A DNA stretch of 64,000 nt from Polyangiaceae bacterium (GTDB taxonomy: Bacteria > Myxococcota_A > Polyangia > Polyangiales > Polyangiaceae), in the NCBI GenBank assembly GCA_044376115.1, contig JBILLK010000005.1, positions 320,001 through 384,000 on the forward strand. The letters run 5' to 3'. The notes under the pieces were generated by a model. It made no database searches. It was not told where the DNA came from and saw only the letters and a program-made list of their open reading frames with translations. Position numbers and translations under genes: made by a program. Below, one piece after another: positions 1-9,110 of this stretch. Position 1 is the stretch's first letter. Each line of letters starts with the position of its first letter.

Positions 1-333
1 CCGCCGAGCGAGCGCATCCAACGTGAGTGTTTGCACGTCCTCGCCGAAGAGGGCGATCAACGCCATGCGGGCTTTCTCGAGCAAATGCGTCGGGATCAGG
101 TGTTACCGCCGCCCTTTCTGAGCCTGCTCGATCAGGCGTTGCAGGCGCTCAGCGCACGCCCAGCGCGCAAAATCCCGCCGCTTTTGCCGCGCATCACCAC
201 GGCGCCCATGGCCAAGCTCGCCCCAAGCCCGAAAAAAGGCCTGCGCAAACAGGACCTGATCGCCATCGTTTCAGCGTTGATCGTCGTGCTTTTGATTGTC
301 GCTACGCTGCTTGGAATGAGGGCCTTTCAATGA
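1..333 (+). CDS. 5'-truncated hypothetical membrane protein with a C-terminal TM helix
   Basis: Frame 1 is open from base 1 (PPSERIQRECLHVLAEEG...) to TGA at 331-333; C-terminal hydrophobic stretch LIAIVSALIVVLLIVATLLG. Confidence 0.7.
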   Translation, partial: PPSERIQRECLHVLAEEGDQRHAGFLEQMRRDQVLPPPFLSLLDQALQALSARPARKIPPLLPRITTAPMAKLAPSPKKGLRKQDLIAIVSALIVVLLIVATLLGMRAFQ

Positions 334-388
334 GGCCGTGCACAAACCTGAGCGCTGTGAGGGCGCTCGTGGAATGTTGGGTTAAGAG

Positions 389-1156
389 ATGAGTGAGGCG
401 CGCCAAAACAAGTCGGAGCCGAGCGAGGAATTCGCGCGTGCGCTCGACCGCGATGAAGCGCGCCGGCTGGAGACTCGCCTTTTGACCGATAGCGCGTTGG
501 CCGAGGCCGCCTTGCGCAAAACCGCCGCACCGGGCCAGCCCGTTCACAGCTCCCCGCTGCCGCCTTCGACGCTCAGCGCCGAGGAAGGCCTGCAAGACGG
601 TCATCGCGTCAAAGCCGAGCGCCTCGAATCGCCCGCACAGCCCGCGCCTTCCGAGCCCGCGCCAACCCCGACTCCGTCCCCCGCTGCCTACGCGCCCGAA
701 CGCGCAGAGGAGCCGGTTCCCGCCCCACCGATGCGGCGTGCGGCCGTGCGCGACCGCCGTTTCCTTTACCTCGCGGCCCTGGCCGTGGTTCTTCCCGTCG
801 CGGTCCTCTTGATTTCGCGCGCCCTTCAGCCAGCCCCGCTTTTTCCGCCGCAAATGGCGCTGCCGCAGGCCTCGATGCGTCCGCCGCGGCCGCGGCCCAA
901 TCAGCCCATGCCGCTGGTTCCCCCGGAGAAGGCTGGTCCCTCGGAGAATTTGCGCAGACCAACGTCCGCCACCGCGGCTGCGAGCGCGCAGCCTGAGGGC
1001 CCTGCTCCGCAAGCCTCGCCCACGGCAAGCCCTTCTCCGGCCACCACCGCTGCCGTGACGCCCCCCAAGCCGCCTGTAACCCCCACAGCCCCAACCAGCG
1101 CCTCGAGCGCACCCAATCCTCCCGGGGTGGAACCTTTCTTCAAACGTGCCCCTTAG
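389..1156 (+). CDS. Pro-rich single-pass membrane protein
   Basis: 255 aa; central TM (FLYLAALAVVLPVAVLLI) followed by a long Pro/Ala/Thr-rich tail; stop abuts the next gene. Confidence 0.7.
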   Translation: MSEARQNKSEPSEEFARALDRDEARRLETRLLTDSALAEAALRKTAAPGQPVHSSPLPPSTLSAEEGLQDGHRVKAERLESPAQPAPSEPAPTPTPSPAAYAPERAEEPVPAPPMRRAAVRDRRFLYLAALAVVLPVAVLLISRALQPAPLFPPQMALPQASMRPPRPRPNQPMPLVPPEKAGPSENLRRPTSATAAASAQPEGPAPQASPTASPSPATTAAVTPPKPPVTPTAPTSASSAPNPPGVEPFFKRAP

Positions 1157-1176
1157 TGCACAGACGAGAACCAGCT

Positions 1177-2214
1177 ATGAATTGCAAGAGCGCTATGAAA
1201 AACGAAAGCAGTTCCGCCGAACCCGGTCGACTTGGCAGTCATTTGCGGTGGGGTCGTTGCCTGGTGATAGGCGCCTTATTGGCCGCCAGCCTATCTGTTA
1301 GTGGCCTGGCAAGCGGGGATGAGGTGGATACGCTGTTTGAGCAAGGGACCACCCACCTCGAGAAGGGTGAATACCCTGCTGCTTACGAGAAGCTGAGCGC
1401 AGCCTTCGAGAAGCGCAAGAGCGTAGACATCGCAGCCAACCTCGCCTTGGCCGAGGTGAAGACGGGCAAGAAGCGTGAGGCCGCAGAGCACCTCGCCTAC
1501 GGCCTCGCCAACTTCCCGGCCACCGGGGACCCGAAGGCCAAAGACCGTATGCAGGCCCAGCTCAATGAGCTCAAGAAGGGCCTGTGTGAGTTCCGTGTCA
1601 ACGCCGAGCAAGGCAGCACCGTCTTCGTTGGCAATGTCGCCGTTGGCCTCGCGCCGCTACAAACGCCGCTTTATCTGAACCCAGGCTCCACCACCATTCG
1701 CGTGGAACTATCGGGTAAAGCCGGTGAAAAGTCGGTCACCGCGGCCGCTGGTGATTCGCTCACCATCAAGGTGGAGCTCACCACCACCGTGGGCCCGGCG
1801 CCAACCGCTACGGCCACGCCAACCACCACCACCACCGCGCCGCCGCCTGTCGATGAGAAGCCGATCTGGCCGGCCATTTTACTTGGTAGTCTCGCCGGCG
1901 TCGGCGCTGGCGTCGGTATTGGTCTCACGGTGGTAGGCACTGGCAAGTACAGCAGCGCCCAAGATGCTCGCGACGCCTGCGTTACGGTAGACCAGGCTTG
2001 TGAGACGGCCGTGACCGATGAGTTCAGCGGCGCCAACGGGCTGCTCACCGGCGGCATCATCGGCCTCAGCGTGGCCGGTGCATCGCTCGCGGCGATGGTC
2101 ATTTACTTGGTTATCCCCGGCGGCTCCGAGGAGCCCGCCAAAGAGCAGAAGGCTTTGCTGTTGCCGGTGGTCGGCCCCGACCAAGCTGGCGCGCAATTCA
2201 CCCTTCGCTTCTGA
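1177..2214 (+). CDS. TPR + PEGA domain protein with C-terminal hydrophobic hairpin (myxobacterial type)
   Basis: Signal-like segment, TPR-like helices (LFEQGTTHLEKGEYPAAYEKLSAAF; NLALAEVKTGKKREAAEHL), PEGA-like beta region (GSTVFVGNVAVGLAPLQTPLYLNPGSTTIRV), Pro/Thr linker, two Gly-rich hydrophobic helices, ends GAQFTLRF. Start uncertain (1156/1177/1195). Confidence 0.75.
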   Translation: MNCKSAMKNESSSAEPGRLGSHLRWGRCLVIGALLAASLSVSGLASGDEVDTLFEQGTTHLEKGEYPAAYEKLSAAFEKRKSVDIAANLALAEVKTGKKREAAEHLAYGLANFPATGDPKAKDRMQAQLNELKKGLCEFRVNAEQGSTVFVGNVAVGLAPLQTPLYLNPGSTTIRVELSGKAGEKSVTAAAGDSLTIKVELTTTVGPAPTATATPTTTTTAPPPVDEKPIWPAILLGSLAGVGAGVGIGLTVVGTGKYSSAQDARDACVTVDQACETAVTDEFSGANGLLTGGIIGLSVAGASLAAMVIYLVIPGGSEEPAKEQKALLLPVVGPDQAGAQFTLRF

Positions 2215-2251
2215 GCCTTTCGCTTACCTGCTTTATCGCCACAGAGGACCT

Positions 2252-3886
2252 ATGAAACTCCGAACCTGCATCCTAGCCGCCCTCACCCTCTCCGCCTGCT
2301 ACGGCGACGTCTGCGTCGAGTTCTTTGACGGCAAATGCCCCAGTGAAGGCGGAGCCGCAGGCACCGCCGGTACCGGAGGCGGCGGCTCAAACCCCGGAGG
2401 CGGCGGCGACGGCGGAATTGGTGGTAGCGGCGGGAACAACGGAGGCGGAGGCAACTCAGGTGGGGGCGGAGAGGGCGGCATGACGCCGACGCAATGCATC
2501 CCTGCTGAGGGCGTTACGATCGGTGCAGAGTGCGGAGTATTCGTCCAGGCCGGAGCTAGCGGTAACGGACAACAAGCCACGCCAACGGCCAACTTACAGA
2601 CCGCTGTGACGGCAGCTTCTGCCAACGGTAGCCGCTTTCGCAATGTCTATATCTGTGGCTCAGATAGCCTCGCTCAGACGGCTTCGCTCGTCGTTAATAA
2701 TGGCGTAAATATCTATGGTGGTCTCAATTGCGTAACCTGGGACTACAATGACGCAAACGTCCCAACGATCCAAGGCCCGGCCGACGTCGCTGCGGTGTTG
2801 GTGCAAAACGGCTCGAGCACTTTGCAAGGGCTAGCTGTCTCGGCGCCCAACGCCGGAGCTTTGGGCGCGAGTTCAATCGGCATTATCGTGGAAGGGTCGG
2901 CTGACCTCAGCTTGGTCTCGGCCAGCGTGACGAGCGGCAATGGACAACCCGGTGAGGCTGGAGAGCCGTTCACCATGATGGCGACTGCGGGCGTCCAGGG
3001 TGACCCTGGATTAGCTGGATGCGCTGGTATGGTCGGTTTGGCTGGTGGCTTCGGCGGAGATCAAACCAACTGCGTTGGTAGCTCTCCCACGGCCGGCGGC
3101 CCCGGAGGAGGGGGTACCAGCGGTACGAGCGGTGGCAACGGCAACCCTGGAGACGACTCAGGCGGTTTAGCCGGAGCTGGCCAATCGGGTGGTAGTTGCA
3201 CGAGCGGCCAATCTCCGGTGGACATCGCTGCCGCTGGGCCCGACGCAACGTCGGAAACGGCCTTGGGGACCTTAACCGTCAACGGCTATATCCCAGCGGC
3301 TCCCGGCTCTGGCGGAGTGGGAGTTGGCGGTAAGGGCGGTGGCGGCGGAGGCGGCGGAAAAGAGTGCACCGTTAACAGCAATATAGTTGGGCCCAGTGGC
3401 GGTGGTGGCGGCTCCGGTGGTTGTGGCGGTGCCGGGGGGCCTTCCGGTGCTGGTGGCGGTGCGAGTTTTGGCGTTGTTTTACTGGCCGGAGCCGGGCTAA
3501 CTATATCCGACAGTGTGGTCGCCGCCGGCAGCGGTGGCGTCGGTGGTGCCGGGGCACAGGGCCAGGAGGGCGGCAACGGCGGTCCCGGCGGCATCCAGGG
3601 CTTGTTGGTTATGGGCTCATCGAACCCCAACAACTCAGCCGCATGCGCCGGAGGAATTGGCGGGAAAGGCGGGGACGGCGGAGATGGCTCCGGCGGCGTT
3701 GGAGGTCCCGTCGCAGCGGTGGCCGCCGCAGCGGCTGGTCAAGTAACGCCGTCCGGAACCAATACTCTCTCCGCCGGAACACCTGGCTCCGGCGGCCCCG
3801 GCGCGGGTGCTGCCCCAATGGGCGCCACGGCGCAAAGTTGCATGGGCGTTATGCTGTTAGAAAGTGGGATTGGCACGTGTGAGTAG
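2252..3886 (+). CDS. Gly-rich (PGRS-like) lipoprotein
   Basis: AGAGGA RBS before ATG 2252; lipobox LSAC; GGxGG repeats; a beta-rich segment (VFVQAGASGNGQQATPTANLQTAV...VNIYGGLNC) resembling DUF1565/beta-helix N-terminal regions. Confidence 0.75.
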   Translation: MKLRTCILAALTLSACYGDVCVEFFDGKCPSEGGAAGTAGTGGGGSNPGGGGDGGIGGSGGNNGGGGNSGGGGEGGMTPTQCIPAEGVTIGAECGVFVQAGASGNGQQATPTANLQTAVTAASANGSRFRNVYICGSDSLAQTASLVVNNGVNIYGGLNCVTWDYNDANVPTIQGPADVAAVLVQNGSSTLQGLAVSAPNAGALGASSIGIIVEGSADLSLVSASVTSGNGQPGEAGEPFTMMATAGVQGDPGLAGCAGMVGLAGGFGGDQTNCVGSSPTAGGPGGGGTSGTSGGNGNPGDDSGGLAGAGQSGGSCTSGQSPVDIAAAGPDATSETALGTLTVNGYIPAAPGSGGVGVGGKGGGGGGGGKECTVNSNIVGPSGGGGGSGGCGGAGGPSGAGGGASFGVVLLAGAGLTISDSVVAAGSGGVGGAGAQGQEGGNGGPGGIQGLLVMGSSNPNNSAACAGGIGGKGGDGGDGSGGVGGPVAAVAAAAAGQVTPSGTNTLSAGTPGSGGPGAGAAPMGATAQSCMGVMLLESGIGTCE

Positions 3887-4049
3887 TGGCGATATCGGTA
3901 ATTGCCTCTAGCAAGCTGCAGCCCTCCGGTTCCGTGACTCCTTCTTCAGGGGCCTTCCCTCTCTTCATTCTCGAGTGGGACCCTCAACTTCAGCGTTGGG
4001 TTCCCCTAGGTGGCAAGACTCCGCCGGGCGGAATCAATTTAACGGTCTG

Positions 4050-4952
4050 ATGCACCCTCTCAAGTTCTTTACCCTGCTCCCCGGCTTTGCCTGCATCTTC
4101 GACGATACGCGGGACGCTCACGGTTACAGCACCTTCTTCGAACAATTCTTTGATGGGTTTCCACATAGGTATGTAGATTCGACCAACAAGATAAAGCCAG
4201 TCTCAGCTCGCAGCCGCGGGCTTGTTCGGCATTACTTGACCAAGTCGGATGAAAAAAAGCGGGTCGTCAAGAGCATTGAAGTTTTCGATGCGCATCCATC
4301 GGGCGACGGTTATGAGGGGCATGGCCTTCCGCTGTTTGGTCTCATTAACTTCTTCCGTGGAACAGAGCCCGATAACGGGCTAATGAGCAAGTGGTCATGC
4401 CAACGGATGTATTTGCCCGCGAACAGCGAAGCTATGTCATTGCTTGCCTGGACCCTCAAGGCTGCGCGGGCCTTCCCAATACGCTTTGGTGTGGGAGGGT
4501 TAACGCTTGCTCCAGCGTTCCCGAACTATGAGGGAGATCCAGCAGAGGCCTATCGTTTTTGCAAGCGCCATCCAGGGGTCATTTTCTGGACCTACGAGAC
4601 AAAGAAGGCGAAGCACGGTATCCGGGATACCAATTGGCTAACGCTGGTCACGAATAGCATTCTGAAGAAAGCTGGCGGTATCGAGGCTGCGCGCAAGAAG
4701 CTTTCTTCCGAGATTGTGCTGCATGAAGTGCGAGAGGGCTGGCTGTTTCAGGCGGGGCCTGAGCCGCTCCTAGGCGATTGCAAAGAGCCAACTGTAGACT
4801 TTCGACTTTACTCGGAAGTCGCCAAGTTTCTCAAACCTTGTCGGGACAAGACTGCTTTGTGGGGTCCCTACCAAAAGCCGGGCGAGTTTACCCATGAGGA
4901 GATGCTGGGATGGATAGCGCGGTTTGACGCCGGTAATCTCTACACGTACTGA
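4050..4952 (+). CDS. DUF3396 (TsiV-like, type VI immunity family) protein
   Basis: C-terminal motifs IRDTNWLTLV, WLFQAGPEPLLGD, YSEVAKFLKP, WIARFD typical of DUF3396; visibly AT-richer than flanks; start uncertain (3975 or 4050). Confidence 0.7.
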   Translation: MHPLKFFTLLPGFACIFDDTRDAHGYSTFFEQFFDGFPHRYVDSTNKIKPVSARSRGLVRHYLTKSDEKKRVVKSIEVFDAHPSGDGYEGHGLPLFGLINFFRGTEPDNGLMSKWSCQRMYLPANSEAMSLLAWTLKAARAFPIRFGVGGLTLAPAFPNYEGDPAEAYRFCKRHPGVIFWTYETKKAKHGIRDTNWLTLVTNSILKKAGGIEAARKKLSSEIVLHEVREGWLFQAGPEPLLGDCKEPTVDFRLYSEVAKFLKPCRDKTALWGPYQKPGEFTHEEMLGWIARFDAGNLYTY

Positions 4953-5105
4953 GATACGGCAAGATCCGTAGCGCGCTAAGCGCTTGGAGCCGCTGAGGGG
5001 TGCGGCCGCTAAGGTCTCAATGACTGGCGAGCAAAAGGTCAAGAAGTCCTGACCCACAGCATGGCTCGCGCACGGGGCTCCGCCCTTTGCTATAACTCGC
5101 GCGCG

Positions 5106-7046
5106 ATGACGACCTCGACGACCCTTCCTGCTGGCGCGATCCGCCTGGGTGCTGATTTTGCGCAAAACCTGCTGCGGGCTTTGCCGCGCCTGCTTGCTGA
5201 AGGGGCCATGCCCGAGGATTGGGATCCGCGGGCGACGACCTATGATCTGATGCGCTTTGATTCGGATGAGGCGTTCGCGCAGCGTTTTGAGCAGGCGCTC
5301 GGGGAGCTCGTCAGTGGGCCGCTGGAGGGCCCGCAGCTGCGTGAGCGGCTCGCTGCCGTTGGGCTGCCGTTTGACTACGCTCGGCTTGGTCAGCCGCTGG
5401 CGACGCTTGTGGAGCTTTACCTTCAGGCCCGCACGCAGGCAGCGCGCTGCTTCTCCTTCGCCTCGGTGACCAAGCCATGGCTCGCCGTGATTGAAGCGCC
5501 AGGCCGGGTCCTACCAGTACATATCTATGCAGAAGCGAGCTTGCCGATCTCGCCGGCCAAAGCAGCCGCGTTGCGCGCCGAGGGCGTGGAGTTATTCGAG
5601 AATTGGCGCGCGCCGCTGCCGGCGCCCAACCCCAAGGTGCTCACTGTGCTCGTCGCCGAGAAGGCGTTTGACGGGGACGTGCGCAGCCTCGCGGCGGACG
5701 CTGTGTGCTTCGCCCTGCCCGCGGCTGGGCCTGCGGCGGGCGGTATCCTATTGATTCGCGACACCGCACGCATCGAGCCGCGCAGCATCCAGCTGATTCG
5801 TAAACGCACCGTGGCCTCCTTGCTCGCAGCCGATGCACGAGCCGAGCTCTCACGGGTCGCCGGGCAGCCCGTCCCGGTGCTCGACGAAGCGACGCCGGCG
5901 ACCTGCGATACAAAGTTACGAGCGTTGTTCCCGCAGCTGAAGGAGAGCCTCTACTTCTGTACCGGACTCGCAGCCGAGGCCGCGGTCTTCAGCGCGGCTG
6001 CCGAGGTGCTGGGCCCCAAGCCGGTCGCCTTGTTCTACGCCCAGAACGGCTATGGCGGTACCGGGCAATTGATTAGCGAGCTGCTCTCACGCGGCGGCGC
6101 CATTACACCGAGGCCGCTCGCTGTATTCGGTTCGGACGCGAGCGGGCGCAAGCTCACCTTGGTTGATCGTGTGCTCGCCGGCCTCGAGGAGCTCAAAGGA
6201 GCACCGGCCTGCGTGTTCCTTGAGACGCCCACCAATCCCGAGCTGCAGGCGCACGACTTCGATACCTTGATGAACGGGCTGCGTGCCGACGCTCAACGTT
6301 GGGACCGCAAAGTACCCATCATCGTGGATACAACGCTCGCGCCGCTGTTCCCGATCTTCGCCAAGTCCTTCTCCGCCGGCTGGCCCTTCATCTTAGTAAA
6401 AAGCGGGTCGAAGTACTTTACGAAGGGCAAGGCCACGCTCGGGGTCGCCGCTTGTGCCGATGAGCCCGTTGCCCTCGCCATCTTAAGGCGCGCCCGTGAG
6501 CTTGCTACCGACGCAGACTCCTTCGCTCGGCCGCACCAACTGGCTCAATTGAGCGCAGGCTTGGAGGACCTCCCGGCGCGGATGAAGGCCATTAGCGCTC
6601 ACACCATTCGGCTGGCGAGCGGCCTGCGGGAGGCGCTGCGCTCGCGCGGTCACGAAATAACGCTGTATGCGATCACCGAGTCGCAGGTAGCGGAGGGCCT
6701 AGGGACCGGCATGCTCTCTTTTTATCTGCCGCCTGCGTCAACGACCCATGCCGACCTGTGCGATGAGTTCGTTGACTACCTACTAAAGAACGCGCCTAGC
6801 TTGGTAAAAAGCCGGGTCAGCTACGGTCAATCCACCGGCAACGGCCAGCCCGACTACTTCTATGTCATCAATCCGGAGGAGTCGACGCAGGGGGCGTTGT
6901 CTGCCGAGGTGAAGAACGCGCAGAAGCAGAACAACGTACAAATCTGCCGGATCTCGGTGCCCGAGCTCGCCAACGTGGACGGGCTGCTGAGCGCGATGGA
7001 TGGCTTCTTTACGCTGAAGTACGGCCCCAAGCGGTCCCAAGCATGA
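5106..7046 (+). CDS. PLP-dependent transferase, Cys/Met metabolism family (extended, ~646 aa)
   Basis: DYARLGQP, YGGTGQL, FLETPTNPEL, IIVDTT and SGSKY (PLP lysine) motifs of the cystathionine gamma-synthase/lyase family. Confidence 0.8.
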   Translation: MTTSTTLPAGAIRLGADFAQNLLRALPRLLAEGAMPEDWDPRATTYDLMRFDSDEAFAQRFEQALGELVSGPLEGPQLRERLAAVGLPFDYARLGQPLATLVELYLQARTQAARCFSFASVTKPWLAVIEAPGRVLPVHIYAEASLPISPAKAAALRAEGVELFENWRAPLPAPNPKVLTVLVAEKAFDGDVRSLAADAVCFALPAAGPAAGGILLIRDTARIEPRSIQLIRKRTVASLLAADARAELSRVAGQPVPVLDEATPATCDTKLRALFPQLKESLYFCTGLAAEAAVFSAAAEVLGPKPVALFYAQNGYGGTGQLISELLSRGGAITPRPLAVFGSDASGRKLTLVDRVLAGLEELKGAPACVFLETPTNPELQAHDFDTLMNGLRADAQRWDRKVPIIVDTTLAPLFPIFAKSFSAGWPFILVKSGSKYFTKGKATLGVAACADEPVALAILRRARELATDADSFARPHQLAQLSAGLEDLPARMKAISAHTIRLASGLREALRSRGHEITLYAITESQVAEGLGTGMLSFYLPPASTTHADLCDEFVDYLLKNAPSLVKSRVSYGQSTGNGQPDYFYVINPEESTQGALSAEVKNAQKQNNVQICRISVPELANVDGLLSAMDGFFTLKYGPKRSQA

Positions 7047-8095
7047 GCCGGCGCGGAGCGTTTAACCAGCTATCGCTTGTGCAGCGTTTGGCTCGGCTCT
7101 CAACCTTAGCGCTCGGAGCGTGGGCAGCGCTCGCAGGCTGCTCCGACTCCACGCCAGTCGCTGGGAGCGCAGCTGTCTCGACGCCTCAATCCGCCTCCGT
7201 CAGCGCGCCGATCGCGAGCTCCTCGGGCATGCAACCTGCGCCCGCTGCCAGCTCCGCTCCCAGCGCCCTATCGCCTCCCGCTTGGACGGTCCCGCGCACG
7301 GCCTCGAGCCTGCCCACCGAGGCGGATTGGGACGCTGGCAAGGTCGACGCCGAAACCTCGAAGGAAGGCCGCTCGACGTTGTGCACGATGCGGCTCATTC
7401 GCGAGTGGGCCGCCATTCGCTGCGCGAACGGTATCGCGCTGATCACGCAGCAGCGCGATCTCGGCAAGTCCGGAACCGACTACGTCGTTGGCACCTCGAG
7501 CGGCGTGACGACCTTCATCCGCCTGCGACCGGGCGCTGCAGGCTTCGCCAAGTTCACCTCCGAGAGCGACCGCGAGGCCTTCTTCTCCTACAGCTGGGCG
7601 AACGCGGAGCCCGCACCGCGCTACCTCCTACTCAGCGAGAAGAACCGCCATCGCGAGGTGCTCACGCGCGCTGACACCCCCGCAAGCGATGCCGTCCCTG
7701 CGATCGTGACGCCGCTTGGGACGCGCCCGAGCCTTGGTGATTGGTCGAGCGCAACGCGGCTCACCGGTGGGGCCTCTGCGCCCAGCGATTGTGCGCTGCT
7801 GGTATTGAACGATTGGCTGCGCATCGACTGCGTAAAACCGCTCTCCTCCGACTCGTTCGATCAGTACACCTTCAATGCGATCGACGGTCTCGGTCAGAAG
7901 GGCAAAGACCACTACGCCCAGACGGCGGGCATCGTTAGCAATGAGCTCGTCGTCGAGTTGCGGATGGTGAAGGGGCGTCAGAAAGCCAAGATCGTGACCA
8001 GCCCAATCACCGGCAACCACCACGTCCTCACGGTGGATTGGCCGGAAACTGCAGACCGGCCCCAAAGCGTCGCCCTCGCGGGCAATCGTAAGTAG
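7043..8095 (+). CDS. Hypothetical lipoprotein with two tandem ~120-aa repeats
   Basis: Lipobox LAGC; Ser/Pro linker; repeated P..DW...C...W..I.C...LG..G.D pattern; ATGA overlap with the upstream gene. Confidence 0.7.
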   Translation: MSRRGAFNQLSLVQRLARLSTLALGAWAALAGCSDSTPVAGSAAVSTPQSASVSAPIASSSGMQPAPAASSAPSALSPPAWTVPRTASSLPTEADWDAGKVDAETSKEGRSTLCTMRLIREWAAIRCANGIALITQQRDLGKSGTDYVVGTSSGVTTFIRLRPGAAGFAKFTSESDREAFFSYSWANAEPAPRYLLLSEKNRHREVLTRADTPASDAVPAIVTPLGTRPSLGDWSSATRLTGGASAPSDCALLVLNDWLRIDCVKPLSSDSFDQYTFNAIDGLGQKGKDHYAQTAGIVSNELVVELRMVKGRQKAKIVTSPITGNHHVLTVDWPETADRPQSVALAGNRK

Positions 8096-8122
8096 CGCAC
8101 CTCTGTTCGATAGCGCGGCTGC

Positions 8123-8932
8123 TCATTCCTTGCGTTGGAACCACGGACGGCTGCCAATCCAGCCGCCCATCGACTGCACCACGACGACCGCGACGGCCAG
8201 GCCAACCATCGCTGCGGTGAGGGCGACAAACACCGAGAATTCTCCACTCGAAAGTCGACCACCCATGGCGATCGAGAGCGACCAGCCGAGCATGAACGCG
8301 ACGAAGCTCCAGAGCAGGATCGAGAACACCGGCGGTAAAAAAAAGGTGGCCTCGTGGGCGGCAAGGGCGCCTTCGGTCCACATACGAATCTCGGCCCCGT
8401 CCGCCTTGAACTCCCAACGTTTGAGCGAACCATTGTCGCGGTAACCAGCCTTACGCTTGCGCACGACGGCCTGCAGCTCACCCTCCACCCATACTCGCTC
8501 GCCGTCGGTAAGATCATATTCAACCGAGCGCCGCTCTGGCCCATTCCGCTCGCGCGCGGCTGTCTCCAGCGTCCAGCCACTATCACGTAGACAGACGCGG
8601 ACCTTTTCACCGTTATCGGTCAAAAGATTGAAGCTGCGCGCCTCTTGTCGAGTCTCAGCGCGCTTCCAATAGCGCTCTCGGCCGGAGACCACGATGACCG
8701 ATACGTTGCAGCCTGAAGCAAGTACGTCGTGCTCACTTCGGCGCCGCTTCTTCGCGATACCGTTGAGGCGACAATAGCCCTCCCTCAGTTCGAGCGGTGG
8801 CCGAGCGAGCTTCTTGCGTTGTTCGGCGAGTTGCCGTGAGCGCTTCCAGCGATAAGCGATGAACGTTGTGATCACCGCCGCCCCCGAGAGCGCAGACCCA
8901 AGCGCGCTAACTGCTTCGATCGCCCCAGCCAC
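8123..8932 (-). CDS. Hypothetical membrane protein (N-terminal TM, beta-rich soluble part, two C-terminal TMs; weakly GIDE-like)
   Basis: 269-aa ORF filling the gap; hydrophobic segments; EYDLTDGERVWVEGEL resembles GIDE-type domains. Confidence 0.55.
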   Translation of the reverse strand: MAGAIEAVSALGSALSGAAVITTFIAYRWKRSRQLAEQRKKLARPPLELREGYCRLNGIAKKRRRSEHDVLASGCNVSVIVVSGRERYWKRAETRQEARSFNLLTDNGEKVRVCLRDSGWTLETAARERNGPERRSVEYDLTDGERVWVEGELQAVVRKRKAGYRDNGSLKRWEFKADGAEIRMWTEGALAAHEATFFLPPVFSILLWSFVAFMLGWSLSIAMGGRLSSGEFSVFVALTAAMVGLAVAVVVVQSMGGWIGSRPWFQRKE

Positions 8933-9110
8933 CCTGCACAGCTAGCACAGGTCGCTTGGAGGCGTCTGTCTGACAGTAAGATCGGGAGGACGGCCGCTGA
9001 GAGCCAAGTTTTAGCGTGCTGCTGTGCCGAAATCTGCGCGCTAGGCGCACTTGTGCGTTCCATGTTGACCGCGGGTCAATTAGCCTCGGCTGGGTCAAGG
9101 AGGCGTTTGC

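Noticed and set aside
2252..3886. Mycobacterial PE-PGRS gene or horizontal transfer from Actinobacteria
   Set aside because: No PE domain; it has a lipobox, and similar Gly-rich tracts occur in several other lipoproteins in the window
4953..5105. SAM/SAH riboswitch ahead of the Cys/Met-family enzyme
   Set aside because: I could not find the conserved core motifs of SAM-I, SAM-II or SAH riboswitches; a covariance search would be needed to exclude it fully
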